From NCBI GenBank assembly GCA_963726265.1, contig CAVSBQ010000002.1, positions 608,001 through 672,000 of the forward strand: DNA of 64,000 nucleotides, given 5' to 3'. This stretch comes from Candidatus Aenigmatarchaeota archaeon (GTDB taxonomy: Archaea > Aenigmatarchaeota > Aenigmatarchaeia > QMZP01 > QMZT01). Of this stretch, positions 18,759-27,559 are shown piece by piece; positions within the stretch are counted from its first letter, which is position 1; each line of letters begins with the position of its first letter. The notes below the pieces were generated by a model. It saw nothing but the letters and a program-made list of their open reading frames with translations. It was not told the DNA's origin and searched no databases. A program made the translations under genes and the position numbers.

Positions 18759-19649
18759 TCATAGATTTCCGAAAACGACCTCGTCGCCGTCGTATTCGGC
18801 AAAGCTGTCGGCGTCCGTGGATATGATGACGACGCCCCTGTAGTTCCTAGTCCAGTTCTTGCCGTTGCCGAAGAGCCAGAAAATGCCCGGCACGTCTTCT
18901 ATTACATTATCCGTGGCGCCTTCATTTGGCAGTGTCCTTTTTTTCAATATCCTGATGGCCTCTTCTTCGGGTGTTTCTTTGATGGGCGCATAGGCAAGCA
19001 CAAAAAGTTCCCTGCCATGCCTTGATATCTTTATCGTGCCGATTCTGCTGAAGCCGGTTATTATGTTGTCCGCTTTCATCGCGCCAGGGCATATTATCGT
19101 GCCTGGCATGCCTTCCTTCATCTTGGACGTGAGCGTTATTTTCATATGAACCGGCTTCGGGCTGCTTTCAAGCGGGATGTCGGGCCATATTGTCTGGTTC
19201 GGGAAGAAGCTGTTGTCCCTGAAGAAGCCGCGGAAACCCATCACATCGCCCGTTTTTATGTCCATGCTGTCGCTCATGACTTCGGTTTCCCCTGTTATGT
19301 CTTCAAGGACGAAGCCGCGTGATGTGGAGCTTTTTATCCTTCCGATTATCGTCGCCTCTGAAAAGACCTTCTTGCCTTTGTTGATGGAAACGGCGTCCGT
19401 TTTTTTCAGGAGCAGGCCCCTGAGGAACTCGAACCTTCTCCCGCAGCCCTTTATGAAATCTTCGCAGGAAACCCTGCCAGTTTTCGGCGTGCCGACCTCG
19501 AAACCGTCCTTTTTGTTTTCCGATAGCTTTTTCTCGAGGACTTGCATGTAGTTTTTTTCGTCAAGCGCCCCGGCTTCCTCGGGTGTGAGCATTATGCCGT
19601 TCTTGAGAAAGAGGCCTATGATGTCTTTCTTGCCTTCAAGCCTGTCCAT
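18759..19649 (-). CDS. Degenerate PolD small-subunit (DP1)/B-subunit homolog, predicted nuclease-inactive
   Basis: N-term FLKNGIMLTPE; OB-fold IIGRI..LEDITG..GDVMGFRG..IWPDIP; C-term LKKRTLP..DNVIEDVPGIF..YRGVVII matching DP1 LKKRHLAP..LVIE.VPDIF..YRGV; metal-binding His motifs absent; directly downstream of cdc6. Confidence 0.7.
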   Translation of the reverse strand: MDRLEGKKDIIGLFLKNGIMLTPEEAGALDEKNYMQVLEKKLSENKKDGFEVGTPKTGRVSCEDFIKGCGRRFEFLRGLLLKKTDAVSINKGKKVFSEATIIGRIKSSTSRGFVLEDITGETEVMSDSMDIKTGDVMGFRGFFRDNSFFPNQTIWPDIPLESSPKPVHMKITLTSKMKEGMPGTIICPGAMKADNIITGFSRIGTIKISRHGRELFVLAYAPIKETPEEEAIRILKKRTLPNEGATDNVIEDVPGIFWLFGNGKNWTRNYRGVVIISTDADSFAEYDGDEVVFGNL

Positions 19650-19740
19650 GAGCCATTATTCAGAAAACGGACATTTAAATTTGCTCGGGCGTGTTGCTCG
19701 GTGGGTCACAGGGCGCATGCGAACAAACCCAGGAAAGGGC

Positions 19741-20958
19741 TCAGATGAACTCGCCGCTGAACAGTTTCTCGATTTTTTCAACCATGTCGGAAGAAAGGTC
19801 CGTCTTTATCTCCCTAGTCCTGCCGTAACGACCTTTCGATATGACCTTGGCGTTCACTATGCCGAACATGTCGAGCTCGGATATGAGATCCGAGACGCGC
19901 CTCTGCGTGAGCGGCTTGAGGTTGTTCTTCCTGCACGTGCTGGCATAAACGTCGTATATGTCGCCCGTCTGTATTTTCTGCCTGCCTTCCTTCGAAAGCT
20001 TGAGTATCGCGATTAGCACGCACTGCGACTGTTTCGGCTGGTTGCGGATTATTTCGGTCGTCTTGTCCGTGTCCAGCCTCTTTTCCGCAAGGTCGACGTG
20101 CTCCTCTGAAACCGTGCTGCTGTTCACGCGCTCTGCGGTCTCGCCGGCGACTCGCAGCAGGTCGAGCGCCTTCCTGGCGTCTCCGTGCTCCTGGGCGGCG
20201 AGCGCAGAGCATTTGGCAACCGTCGAAGGCAAAACCACGCCGTCGTTGAAGGCCTGGCCGACCCTTTCGGCAAGGATGTCCCTCAGTTCGTTGGCGTTGT
20301 ACGGCGGGAAAACTATCTCCTCCTCCGAAAGCGACGACTTGACACGCGGGTCAAGGTCGTTTATGAAGGATATGTTGTTGGATATCCCCACCAGGGTAAG
20401 CTTGGATTTCCTGAGGTCCTGGTTTACTCTCGTGAGGTTGTAGAGCACGCCGTCGCCTATCTTGCTGACGAGGGCGTCAATTTCGTCCAGGACTAGTATG
20501 ACATTCTGTTCCTCGGAATCGAGCAGCTCAAAAAACCTCCGGTAGAGCTGGTTCGTCGGGAGACCCGTAAAGGGAACCGTGATACCGAAGTTTAAAATGA
20601 GCTGGGAAAGCATGCGGTATTCGGTATCGGACACCTTGCTCATCTTGCAGTTTATGTAAATTACCTTTATCTTACCGTTGCCGTTTTTCCTGGCCGCCTC
20701 CTTGAGTTTTGCCGTGGTGTGCTGGACGCACAGGGATTTGCCCGTTCCTGTCTTGCCATAGATGAATATGTTCGACGGTTTTTCCCCCCTCAAAACAGGA
20801 GCCAGTATCATGCCGATCTGGTTGATTTGTTTTTCCCTATGCGGTATGTTGTCCGGTGTGAATTGTATGGATAATCTGTTCTTGTCCCTGAAAACCGCCC
20901 TTTTTTCCACGCAGTTCTGGAATATTTCGCCTAAGGAAAGCTGGGCCATATTCTCCAT
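19741..20958 (-). CDS. cdc6: Orc1/Cdc6 replication initiator
   Basis: IPHRE, IYGKTGTGKS, YINC, VLDEID, LDPRVKSSL, FPPY, HGDARKALDLL, wHTH SKGRYGRTR. Confidence 0.96.
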   Translation of the reverse strand: MENMAQLSLGEIFQNCVEKRAVFRDKNRLSIQFTPDNIPHREKQINQIGMILAPVLRGEKPSNIFIYGKTGTGKSLCVQHTTAKLKEAARKNGNGKIKVIYINCKMSKVSDTEYRMLSQLILNFGITVPFTGLPTNQLYRRFFELLDSEEQNVILVLDEIDALVSKIGDGVLYNLTRVNQDLRKSKLTLVGISNNISFINDLDPRVKSSLSEEEIVFPPYNANELRDILAERVGQAFNDGVVLPSTVAKCSALAAQEHGDARKALDLLRVAGETAERVNSSTVSEEHVDLAEKRLDTDKTTEIIRNQPKQSQCVLIAILKLSKEGRQKIQTGDIYDVYASTCRKNNLKPLTQRRVSDLISELDMFGIVNAKVISKGRYGRTREIKTDLSSDMVEKIEKLFSGEFI

Positions 20959-21126
20959 ATGAAACTGGGGTTTAAATGCTTTTCAAAAACACCGAGACAC
21001 CTTCGTTTCCCATGGAACTTTGTTTTTTTATTTCATATGGAACTTTATAACATTGTTATAATATCATTACTCTTACTTGATTCTTAAACAAAACAAAACA
21101 ATTAAATCTCCAGTGGAAATTAGGGT
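20953..21126. other. Replication origin oriC adjacent to cdc6
   Basis: Minus ORB GTTCCATGGGAAACGAAGGTGTC (20996-21018), minus mini-ORB GTTCCATATGAAAT (21030-21043), 64-nt very AT-rich DUE, plus ORB CTCCAGTGGAAATTAGGGT (21108-21126), and plus ORB-like CTCCATATGAAACTGGGGT (20953-20971). Confidence 0.8.
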
Positions 21127-21150
21127 CAGTGGGCCACAAACGACGAGAAA

Positions 21151-22339
21151 TTATTTATTTTTTAACTTCCTGGTTGACCTTTCTATCCTCTCCAAAGCCA
21201 ACCCAATCTTTTCATAAGACGTCGCGAAAGAGCATCTGATATAACCTTCCCCGCACCTGCCGAACTCCGTGCCCGGCGTGACAGCAACATTCGCCTTTTT
21301 CAGCAGCCACCTGGAAAAGCCAAGGGAACTCATGCCAAAGGCCTTTATGTTCGGGAAAGCGTAGAAAGCGCCACCAGGCTCGATGCAGGATACGCCGGGT
21401 ATCTCGTTCAGGCGTCTTGTGATAAGCTGCCTTCTGCGGTCGTATTCCTTTACCATCTTCGCCACCGCCTTCTGTGGTCCGCCGAGCGCGGCAAGGGCGG
21501 CCTCCTGTGATATGGTCGGCGCGCAGACGCTGGTGTACAGGTGAATTTTTTTCATGGCATTTATTATGTTTTCCGGGCCGGCTGCATAACCCAGCCTGAA
21601 ACCGGGCATGGCATACGTTTTCGAGAAAGATTGCAGCGTAAGCACGCGGTTTCCCATGCCGTTCAGCGAGCCGATTGATATGTGCTTCTCGCCGCCATAG
21701 ACGAGCTTTTCATACGCCTCGTCAGAAAGGATCAGCAGATCATACTCGCACGCGAAATCGGCTATTTCCTCAAGCGTTTTCCTTCTTGAAAACTACGCCC
21801 GTCGGGTTGGATGGGGTGTTGACTATCATCACATTGGTTTTTTCAGGCAGTATAATCTTCCGCGCCTCTTCGGCCATGAACCGGAAGCCGTGCTCCTCAT
21901 AATGCGGCACGCACAGCGGCATGCCGTCAAGCATTTCAACCGTGGGCCTATATGCAAGGAAGCCCGGGTCAGGCACGAGCACGCCCTCGCCCGGGTCGGT
22001 CGTGCACATGAGCGCCATCATTATCGCCTCGGTCGAGCCCACGGTAACAATGACCTGGTCCGGCGAAACGTCTATTTTGTTTTCCCTCTTAAGTTTTTTG
22101 GATATCGCCTCCCTGAGATTCCTCCGCCCTTCTGGCGGAGCGTAATGTGTATAGCCTTCGCGCAGCTTCCTGCACGCAAAGTCAATGATGTGTTTTGGGG
22201 TGTCAAAGTCCGGCTCTCCCGGACCTAGGGAAATTATGCCCTTATTCTCTTCTGCGATTTTTATAAGGTAGCCCATCGTGGACAGCGGCAGCTCCTCCTC
22301 CCTTTCAGCGATTATGTGGCGTGACACCAATTTGCGCAT
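21151..22339 (-). pseudogene. Class I/II PLP aminotransferase (AspAT-like) interrupted by a 1-nt frameshift
   Basis: LGPGEPDF, NTPSNPTG, then a frame change near 21777-21782; continues as TLEEIADFA..ILSDEAY..SFSKTYAMPGFRLG..GAFY..GEGYIR. Confidence 0.8.
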
Positions 22340-22413
22340 CTTATGTTTCGTTGGACGTTTTTCGGACCGCATAATAATATATTCTCCTTGGCAATAATAT
22401 TCCTGAGGGCATC

Positions 22414-23814
22414 ATGAACAAACTAGACAGCTTCTTCAACCCGAAGACAATCGCCATCATAGGCGCCTCGAGGGACCAGAGCAAGATAGGCCACGTCGTC
22501 ATGCGCAACCTGGTGGAAGGCGAGTTCAAAGGCAAGGTCTTCCCGGTCAATCCTAACACCAGCAGGATACTCGGCATAAAATGCTACCCGAGCGTTACCA
22601 AGATAAAGGAGCGGCTCGAACTCGCCGTCATTTCAATACCCGCGGAATTCGTGCCCAAGGCGCTGGAGGAATGCGGAAAAAAGCGAATCCACAGCGTGAT
22701 TATAATAAGCGGAGGCTTCAAGGAAACAGGCAACGTCGAGCTTGAAAAAAGGCTGGTCGAAATCGCCAGAAAATACAAGATAAAGGTGATTGGCCCAAAC
22801 TGCCTCGGCATCTTCGATCCGAACAGCGGTGTCGACACGGTCTTCCTCCCGCGCTACAAACTGGGCAGGCCCAAAGCCGGCGATATCGCATTCATAACCC
22901 AGTCCGGAGCAGTCGGCTCGGTGGTGATAGACTGGATGGCGCGCAAAGGCTACAAGATGTCGAAGTTTGTTTCTTACGGCAACGCCATGGACGTCGACGA
23001 GGCCGATTTGATTGAATACCTGATAAACGACAGGAAGACGAAGGTCATATGCGCGTATTTCGAGGGCGTTAAAGAAGGAAGGAAGTTCTTCGAGATAACG
23101 AAGAAGTTCACCGGCAAAAAGCCCATCATAGTTCTCAAGGGCGGAACCACGTCCGCCGGGACGAAAGCCGTTTCGTCTCACACGGGTTCGCTCGCCGGAG
23201 CTTTCGAAATTTATTCAGCGGCGTTCAAACAGGCAGGCGTGATAAAAGCGGATGACATGGAGGAGCTTTTCGACTTCGCGCGCACGCTGTCTGCGCTGCC
23301 CAAGCCGAAATGCAACAGGGTGCAGATCATAACGGACGGCGGCGGCTTCGGCGTGCTGCTCACTGATAATATCATAAAAGAAGGCCTGCAGCTCGCCGAG
23401 ATGAGCAGCAAGAAGGTCGAGGAAATCCGCAGCAAGATGCCGTCTTATGTCATAATTAAAAATCCCATCGACCTGACAGGAGATACGGACGCGGAGCGGT
23501 ATCAGATCGCGCTCGCGGCCGCGATAGAGGACCCGAACGTCGACATAATCGGGCTTATCGTCCTGCTGCAGGTCCCGCGCCTCGGCGGCGAGATAGTGGA
23601 CACCATAATAAACGCCTTCAAGACTAGCGAGAAGCCGATATTCGTAATATCCGCCGGAGGCGAATACACCGAGGTTCTCAAGAAGACTATGGAGGACATC
23701 GGCATCCCGACGTTCTCGTATCCGCAGGACGCGGCGATGGCCATGAGGGTTTTGTATGAGTTCGGTCAGGAAAGGAAAAAGAACAAGGAATGCGAAAAGG
23801 CCAGGCAGAAGTAA
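22414..23814 (+). CDS. acdA: Acetate-CoA ligase (ADP-forming), alpha subunit
   Basis: AIIGAS, IGPNCLG, TQSGA, SYGNAMD, SSHTGSLAG, DGGGFG, NPIDLTGD. Confidence 0.9.
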   Translation: MNKLDSFFNPKTIAIIGASRDQSKIGHVVMRNLVEGEFKGKVFPVNPNTSRILGIKCYPSVTKIKERLELAVISIPAEFVPKALEECGKKRIHSVIIISGGFKETGNVELEKRLVEIARKYKIKVIGPNCLGIFDPNSGVDTVFLPRYKLGRPKAGDIAFITQSGAVGSVVIDWMARKGYKMSKFVSYGNAMDVDEADLIEYLINDRKTKVICAYFEGVKEGRKFFEITKKFTGKKPIIVLKGGTTSAGTKAVSSHTGSLAGAFEIYSAAFKQAGVIKADDMEELFDFARTLSALPKPKCNRVQIITDGGGFGVLLTDNIIKEGLQLAEMSSKKVEEIRSKMPSYVIIKNPIDLTGDTDAERYQIALAAAIEDPNVDIIGLIVLLQVPRLGGEIVDTIINAFKTSEKPIFVISAGGEYTEVLKKTMEDIGIPTFSYPQDAAMAMRVLYEFGQERKKNKECEKARQK

Positions 23815-25132
23815 AGTGATAATCATCGGCGCGGCCGGACGCGATTTCCACAACTTCAACGTTTTCTTCCGCGACAACAGCGCTTACGAAATCGTATGCT
23901 TCACCGCCGCGCAGATCCCTGACATCGCCGGCAGGACGTATCCGAAAGAGCTCGCGGGAAAGCTCTATCCGAAAGGCATACCGATTTTCGAAGAGAAAGA
24001 GCTCGCTGGCCTGATCAAAAAATACAAGGCCGATGCGGCAGTGCTTTCATATTCAGACCTTTCATTCGCCGAAGTAATGCACAAGGCGAGCATAACGAAT
24101 GCGAACGGCGCGGACTTCATGTTGCTTGGAAATGAAAAGACCATGCTGAAATCCAGCAAACCGATTATTTCCATCTGCGCTGTCCGAACTGGCTGCGGCA
24201 AGTCGCAGACCACCCGCAAGATTTCAAGCCTGTTGAGGGACATGGGCTACGACGTCGTCGTGGTCCGCCACCCCATGCCTTACGGCGACCTGCGCAGGCA
24301 GGCATGCCAGCGCTTCGCCACGTATGACGACCTGAAAAAGAACGAGTGCACGATCGAGGAGCGCGAGGAATACGAGCAGCACATCAAGAACGGCTTCGTC
24401 GTTTATGCGGGCGTGGATTATGAAAAAATCCTGCGCGCCGCGGAGAAGGAAGCCGACGTCATTCTCTGGGACGGCGGCAACAACGACACGCCATTCTACA
24501 GGCCGGACATGCACATAGTGGTCGCCGACCCGCACAGGGCTGGCCACGAGCTCGCATACTATCCCGGGGAAACGAACCTGCTCATGGCGGACGTGGTCAT
24601 CATAAACAAGGAGAACACGGCAAAAAAGGAAAACATACAAAAGGTTTTTGGCGACATAAAAAAAGCAAACCCAAGAGCGAAAATCATACATGCGGATTCC
24701 GAGGTCGCTGTCGAAGACCCTTCGAAAATAAGGGGCAAAAGCGTCCTCGTCGTCGAGGACGGTCCGACGCTGACGCACGGCGGGATGGCGTATGGCGCGG
24801 GCTGGGTTGCTGCGAAGAAGTTCGGCGCGAGGGTGATAGTCAAGCCAAAGCGTTACGCAGTCGGCTCGATAAGGCAGGCTTATGAAAAATATGCCCAGAT
24901 AACCGATGTGCTGCCGGCGCTGGGCTACAGCGACGCGCAGATAAGCGAGCTCGAAAAGACCATAAACAGGACGCCATGCGACCTCGTCGTCATCGGCACG
25001 CCCATGGACCTCACCAGAATAATAAAAATAAACAAGCCTTCAATCCACGTCACCTATTACCTCAAGGAAAAAGGCAGGCCGGATTTGCAAGCCATTCTTA
25101 AGGAATTTGCTAAGAAATTCATCCAACATTAG
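23756..25132 (+). CDS. COG2403 P-loop enzyme (cyclic 2,3-diphosphoglycerate synthetase / arginine synthetase-like)
   Basis: IIGAAGRDFHNFN, AVRTGCGKSQTTR, RHPMPYGDL, WDGGNND, VEDGPTLTHG; start uncertain (GTG at 23816 possible). Confidence 0.8.
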   Translation: MSSVRKGKRTRNAKRPGRSKVIIIGAAGRDFHNFNVFFRDNSAYEIVCFTAAQIPDIAGRTYPKELAGKLYPKGIPIFEEKELAGLIKKYKADAAVLSYSDLSFAEVMHKASITNANGADFMLLGNEKTMLKSSKPIISICAVRTGCGKSQTTRKISSLLRDMGYDVVVVRHPMPYGDLRRQACQRFATYDDLKKNECTIEEREEYEQHIKNGFVVYAGVDYEKILRAAEKEADVILWDGGNNDTPFYRPDMHIVVADPHRAGHELAYYPGETNLLMADVVIINKENTAKKENIQKVFGDIKKANPRAKIIHADSEVAVEDPSKIRGKSVLVVEDGPTLTHGGMAYGAGWVAAKKFGARVIVKPKRYAVGSIRQAYEKYAQITDVLPALGYSDAQISELEKTINRTPCDLVVIGTPMDLTRIIKINKPSIHVTYYLKEKGRPDLQAILKEFAKKFIQH

Positions 25133-25166
25133 CATGTGTTATAAAAACGGTTAAAATAAAAATGGT

Positions 25167-25808
25167 TTAAAGCATCGCTTCTATTTTCTTCGCTTCCTCT
25201 AGCGGGGCGCAGACGGTCAGGATGTCGCCTTCCCTGATTTTGGTTTCGGGCTTTGGGATGACGAGCTTGTCTTCGCGGTAGATACAGGCAATTGAAAAAT
25301 CCTTGGAGAAATCCGATACGGGCTTGCCAGCGAACTTCGATTCCTTGCGAACGTTGACCTCGAATATCTCGCCCTTGCCGCCAGCGACGAAGCTGACGAG
25401 CTGCTTGCCCGGCTTCTCCACAAGCTTCTTGAAGGCAAGTGCCGCCGTCGCCGTCGCGTCGATCACGCTGGTGACGCCGATTTTCGAGAACTCAACCTCG
25501 CTGCCCGGGTTGTTCAGCCTTGAGATTATGTTTTTCACTTTCGCCTCTTTCGCGAATTCGCAGACCGCGACGTTGGCCTTGTCGTCATTCGTAGCCGCAA
25601 TGATGGCATCGGCGTTTTCGATGTTCGCGTCTTTCAGGATGTCCTTATCCGAGCCGTCTCCGCTAAGGACGAGCGCGTCAAGCCGCTCTGCAAGCTCTTC
25701 CGCCAGGGAATCCTTTCTCTCAATCAGGACGACGTCGTGCCTTTCCTTTGACAAAAGCCTTGAAAGCGTTTCGCCGAGCTTCCCGCCGCCCACAACTATG
25801 ACTTTCAT
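25167..25808 (-). CDS. trkA: TrkA-family K+ transport NAD-binding (RCK) subunit
   Basis: IVVGGGKLG, GDGSD..L..A.I, ATNDD..N, C-terminal RCK_C. Confidence 0.88.
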   Translation of the reverse strand: MKVIVVGGGKLGETLSRLLSKERHDVVLIERKDSLAEELAERLDALVLSGDGSDKDILKDANIENADAIIAATNDDKANVAVCEFAKEAKVKNIISRLNNPGSEVEFSKIGVTSVIDATATAALAFKKLVEKPGKQLVSFVAGGKGEIFEVNVRKESKFAGKPVSDFSKDFSIACIYREDKLVIPKPETKIREGDILTVCAPLEEAKKIEAML

Positions 25809-25883
25809 GATAAATATATGGCTGGCCTATTAAAAACCGTAGCTAGCCACGGTCAAAATCACACGAAAAAGGCAGCAAACAAA

Positions 25884-26348
25884 TCACCAGACAATGAGCC
25901 TGAGCGTCGCCATTTCGCCCTGCAGGAGGCCAAGCCTTCCCATCTCGGCCCTCGTCACGTTTCTTGGGGTAACGAGGCCGCATTCGAGAAGCACGCTGCC
26001 CTGGCTGGACAATTCGATTTTGACGTTGCCCGGCATGATGCCAAACGAGCTTTTTTCATAAAGGTGCAGGTCCCTTACAAGCTGCTGGTAACCTGTTATG
26101 TTTTTGCAATAAGTTTCATTGAACGCGTCGATTTTGGTGATGTTGAAGACGTTGCCGTCAGCCACGCTCATGGGACCGGAACCCATCATAACCTCGGATA
26201 TCTGCACGGCCTTGCTCTGCAGGCGGTTCTGGTAGGACTTGAGCCGGAAATCCGAGACGTTGACGTTCATGTAGTTGATGGTATAGACGACTATCCCGAA
26301 GAAAATCATGCCTGCCACCAGGAACTCGAAAACAAGCTGGCCCTTCAT
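25884..26348 (-). CDS. Class III signal-peptide (pilin-like) protein
   Basis: MKG/QLVFEFLVA followed by a hydrophobic helix; ends in LRLIVW. Confidence 0.7.
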   Translation of the reverse strand: MKGQLVFEFLVAGMIFFGIVVYTINYMNVNVSDFRLKSYQNRLQSKAVQISEVMMGSGPMSVADGNVFNITKIDAFNETYCKNITGYQQLVRDLHLYEKSSFGIMPGNVKIELSSQGSVLLECGLVTPRNVTRAEMGRLGLLQGEMATLRLIVW

Positions 26349-26409
26349 AATTTATACTTTCCGCGCTGTCAATAAAAATAAATGCTCACGCATCGAATAA
26401 TATAGTGTT

Positions 26410-27525
26410 ATGAAATGGATTTTCGTCATCGCCGCGCTTTCCCTGGTCATTTTCAGTTCAGGCTGCACCGTCCCGGGGCTCAACATAGAGATTCCCTTCC
26501 TTCCCGACATATTCGGTGGCATGAACGTCCAGGAGCAGCGACATGACGTCATTTCCATAGAAAGCCTCGACGCGATTCCGTCGTCGACGGTCCGCTCGGG
26601 CCAGTCCATACGCCTGCGCGCCGTCGTTAAAAACCTGCAGCAGCCCGAATACAACCCGGTGGACAACGTCGAGATAACGCTTTACAATGACTGCGGCCTG
26701 TTCGAGGTCACTGGCGATTTCTGCGCAAACAGTTTTGAAAGCGATAAAATCACATGCAAGGTGAAAATGTATCCGCAGTCGACGTCGCTGGTCCAGTGGA
26801 AACTCGATGCCAAAGAAATAAAAGTGGAGACGCCGTGCAACATAGGCATAATGGCCAGATACAGTTACACGACCTATTCGACGGCTTCGGTGACGTTCGT
26901 CAACAAGGCGGAGCTGGAAAGGCTCGTGACCGAAGGCAAGAGCTTCTCCGAGACAGGGACGCTTTCGATAGGCGAAGGCCCGGTAAAGCCATACATAGAG
27001 GTCCTGAACCAGCCAATAGTCATTGATGTAGTAGGAACAACTGTAAAGAACAGGGGCAGCGGCATCATGAGCTTCTGGCTTGAAAATAAGGGCAGCGGGA
27101 TTATTGGTCTGAAGCCGGCAACTGAAGGCAACGTATACTTCGATGACTGCACCAAGATGTCAGACGACAAAAGCGACAAGGGCACCAAAATATGCCTCAG
27201 CATAAGCGGCGCGCAGACGGGCGGAAATGAAGCCAACGGCGTAAGGGCTATAATTAAAGACCAACAAAATAAAGACCAGACGACGGACTTGGTAAATTGT
27301 ATAAAGGAGCGCATGAACATTAAAGGCGCAAATGGTGCACCTACTGACAAATATGGCACCAACTTCATAGGCAAAAAGACGCCTGAGTATCCCTGCTCGA
27401 TAACCGTCGAAAAGTCGGAGACAATAAAGCAGGAGTCCACGTATCAGATAACGGCGGATGTCAGCTATTTCTACAAGTTCACGAAGGAGATAGCGATTAC
27501 GGTTCAGCCGCAAATAAAGCTGTGA
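26410..27525 (+). CDS. Secreted lipoprotein-like protein, paralog 1 of tandem array
   Basis: Signal peptide ending SSGC; VRSGQSIRLRAVVKN; YSYTT; GPV; NKGSG; terminal VSYFY. Confidence 0.75.
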   Translation: MKWIFVIAALSLVIFSSGCTVPGLNIEIPFLPDIFGGMNVQEQRHDVISIESLDAIPSSTVRSGQSIRLRAVVKNLQQPEYNPVDNVEITLYNDCGLFEVTGDFCANSFESDKITCKVKMYPQSTSLVQWKLDAKEIKVETPCNIGIMARYSYTTYSTASVTFVNKAELERLVTEGKSFSETGTLSIGEGPVKPYIEVLNQPIVIDVVGTTVKNRGSGIMSFWLENKGSGIIGLKPATEGNVYFDDCTKMSDDKSDKGTKICLSISGAQTGGNEANGVRAIIKDQQNKDQTTDLVNCIKERMNIKGANGAPTDKYGTNFIGKKTPEYPCSITVEKSETIKQESTYQITADVSYFYKFTKEIAITVQPQIKL

Positions 27526-27559
27526 AAGATATAAAAGCTTGATTATGTATTAAATAAAT

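Noticed and set aside
21151..22372. Two separate aminotransferase genes
   Set aside because: They are the halves of one gene joined by a single frameshift, with the intervening sequence coding in the second frame
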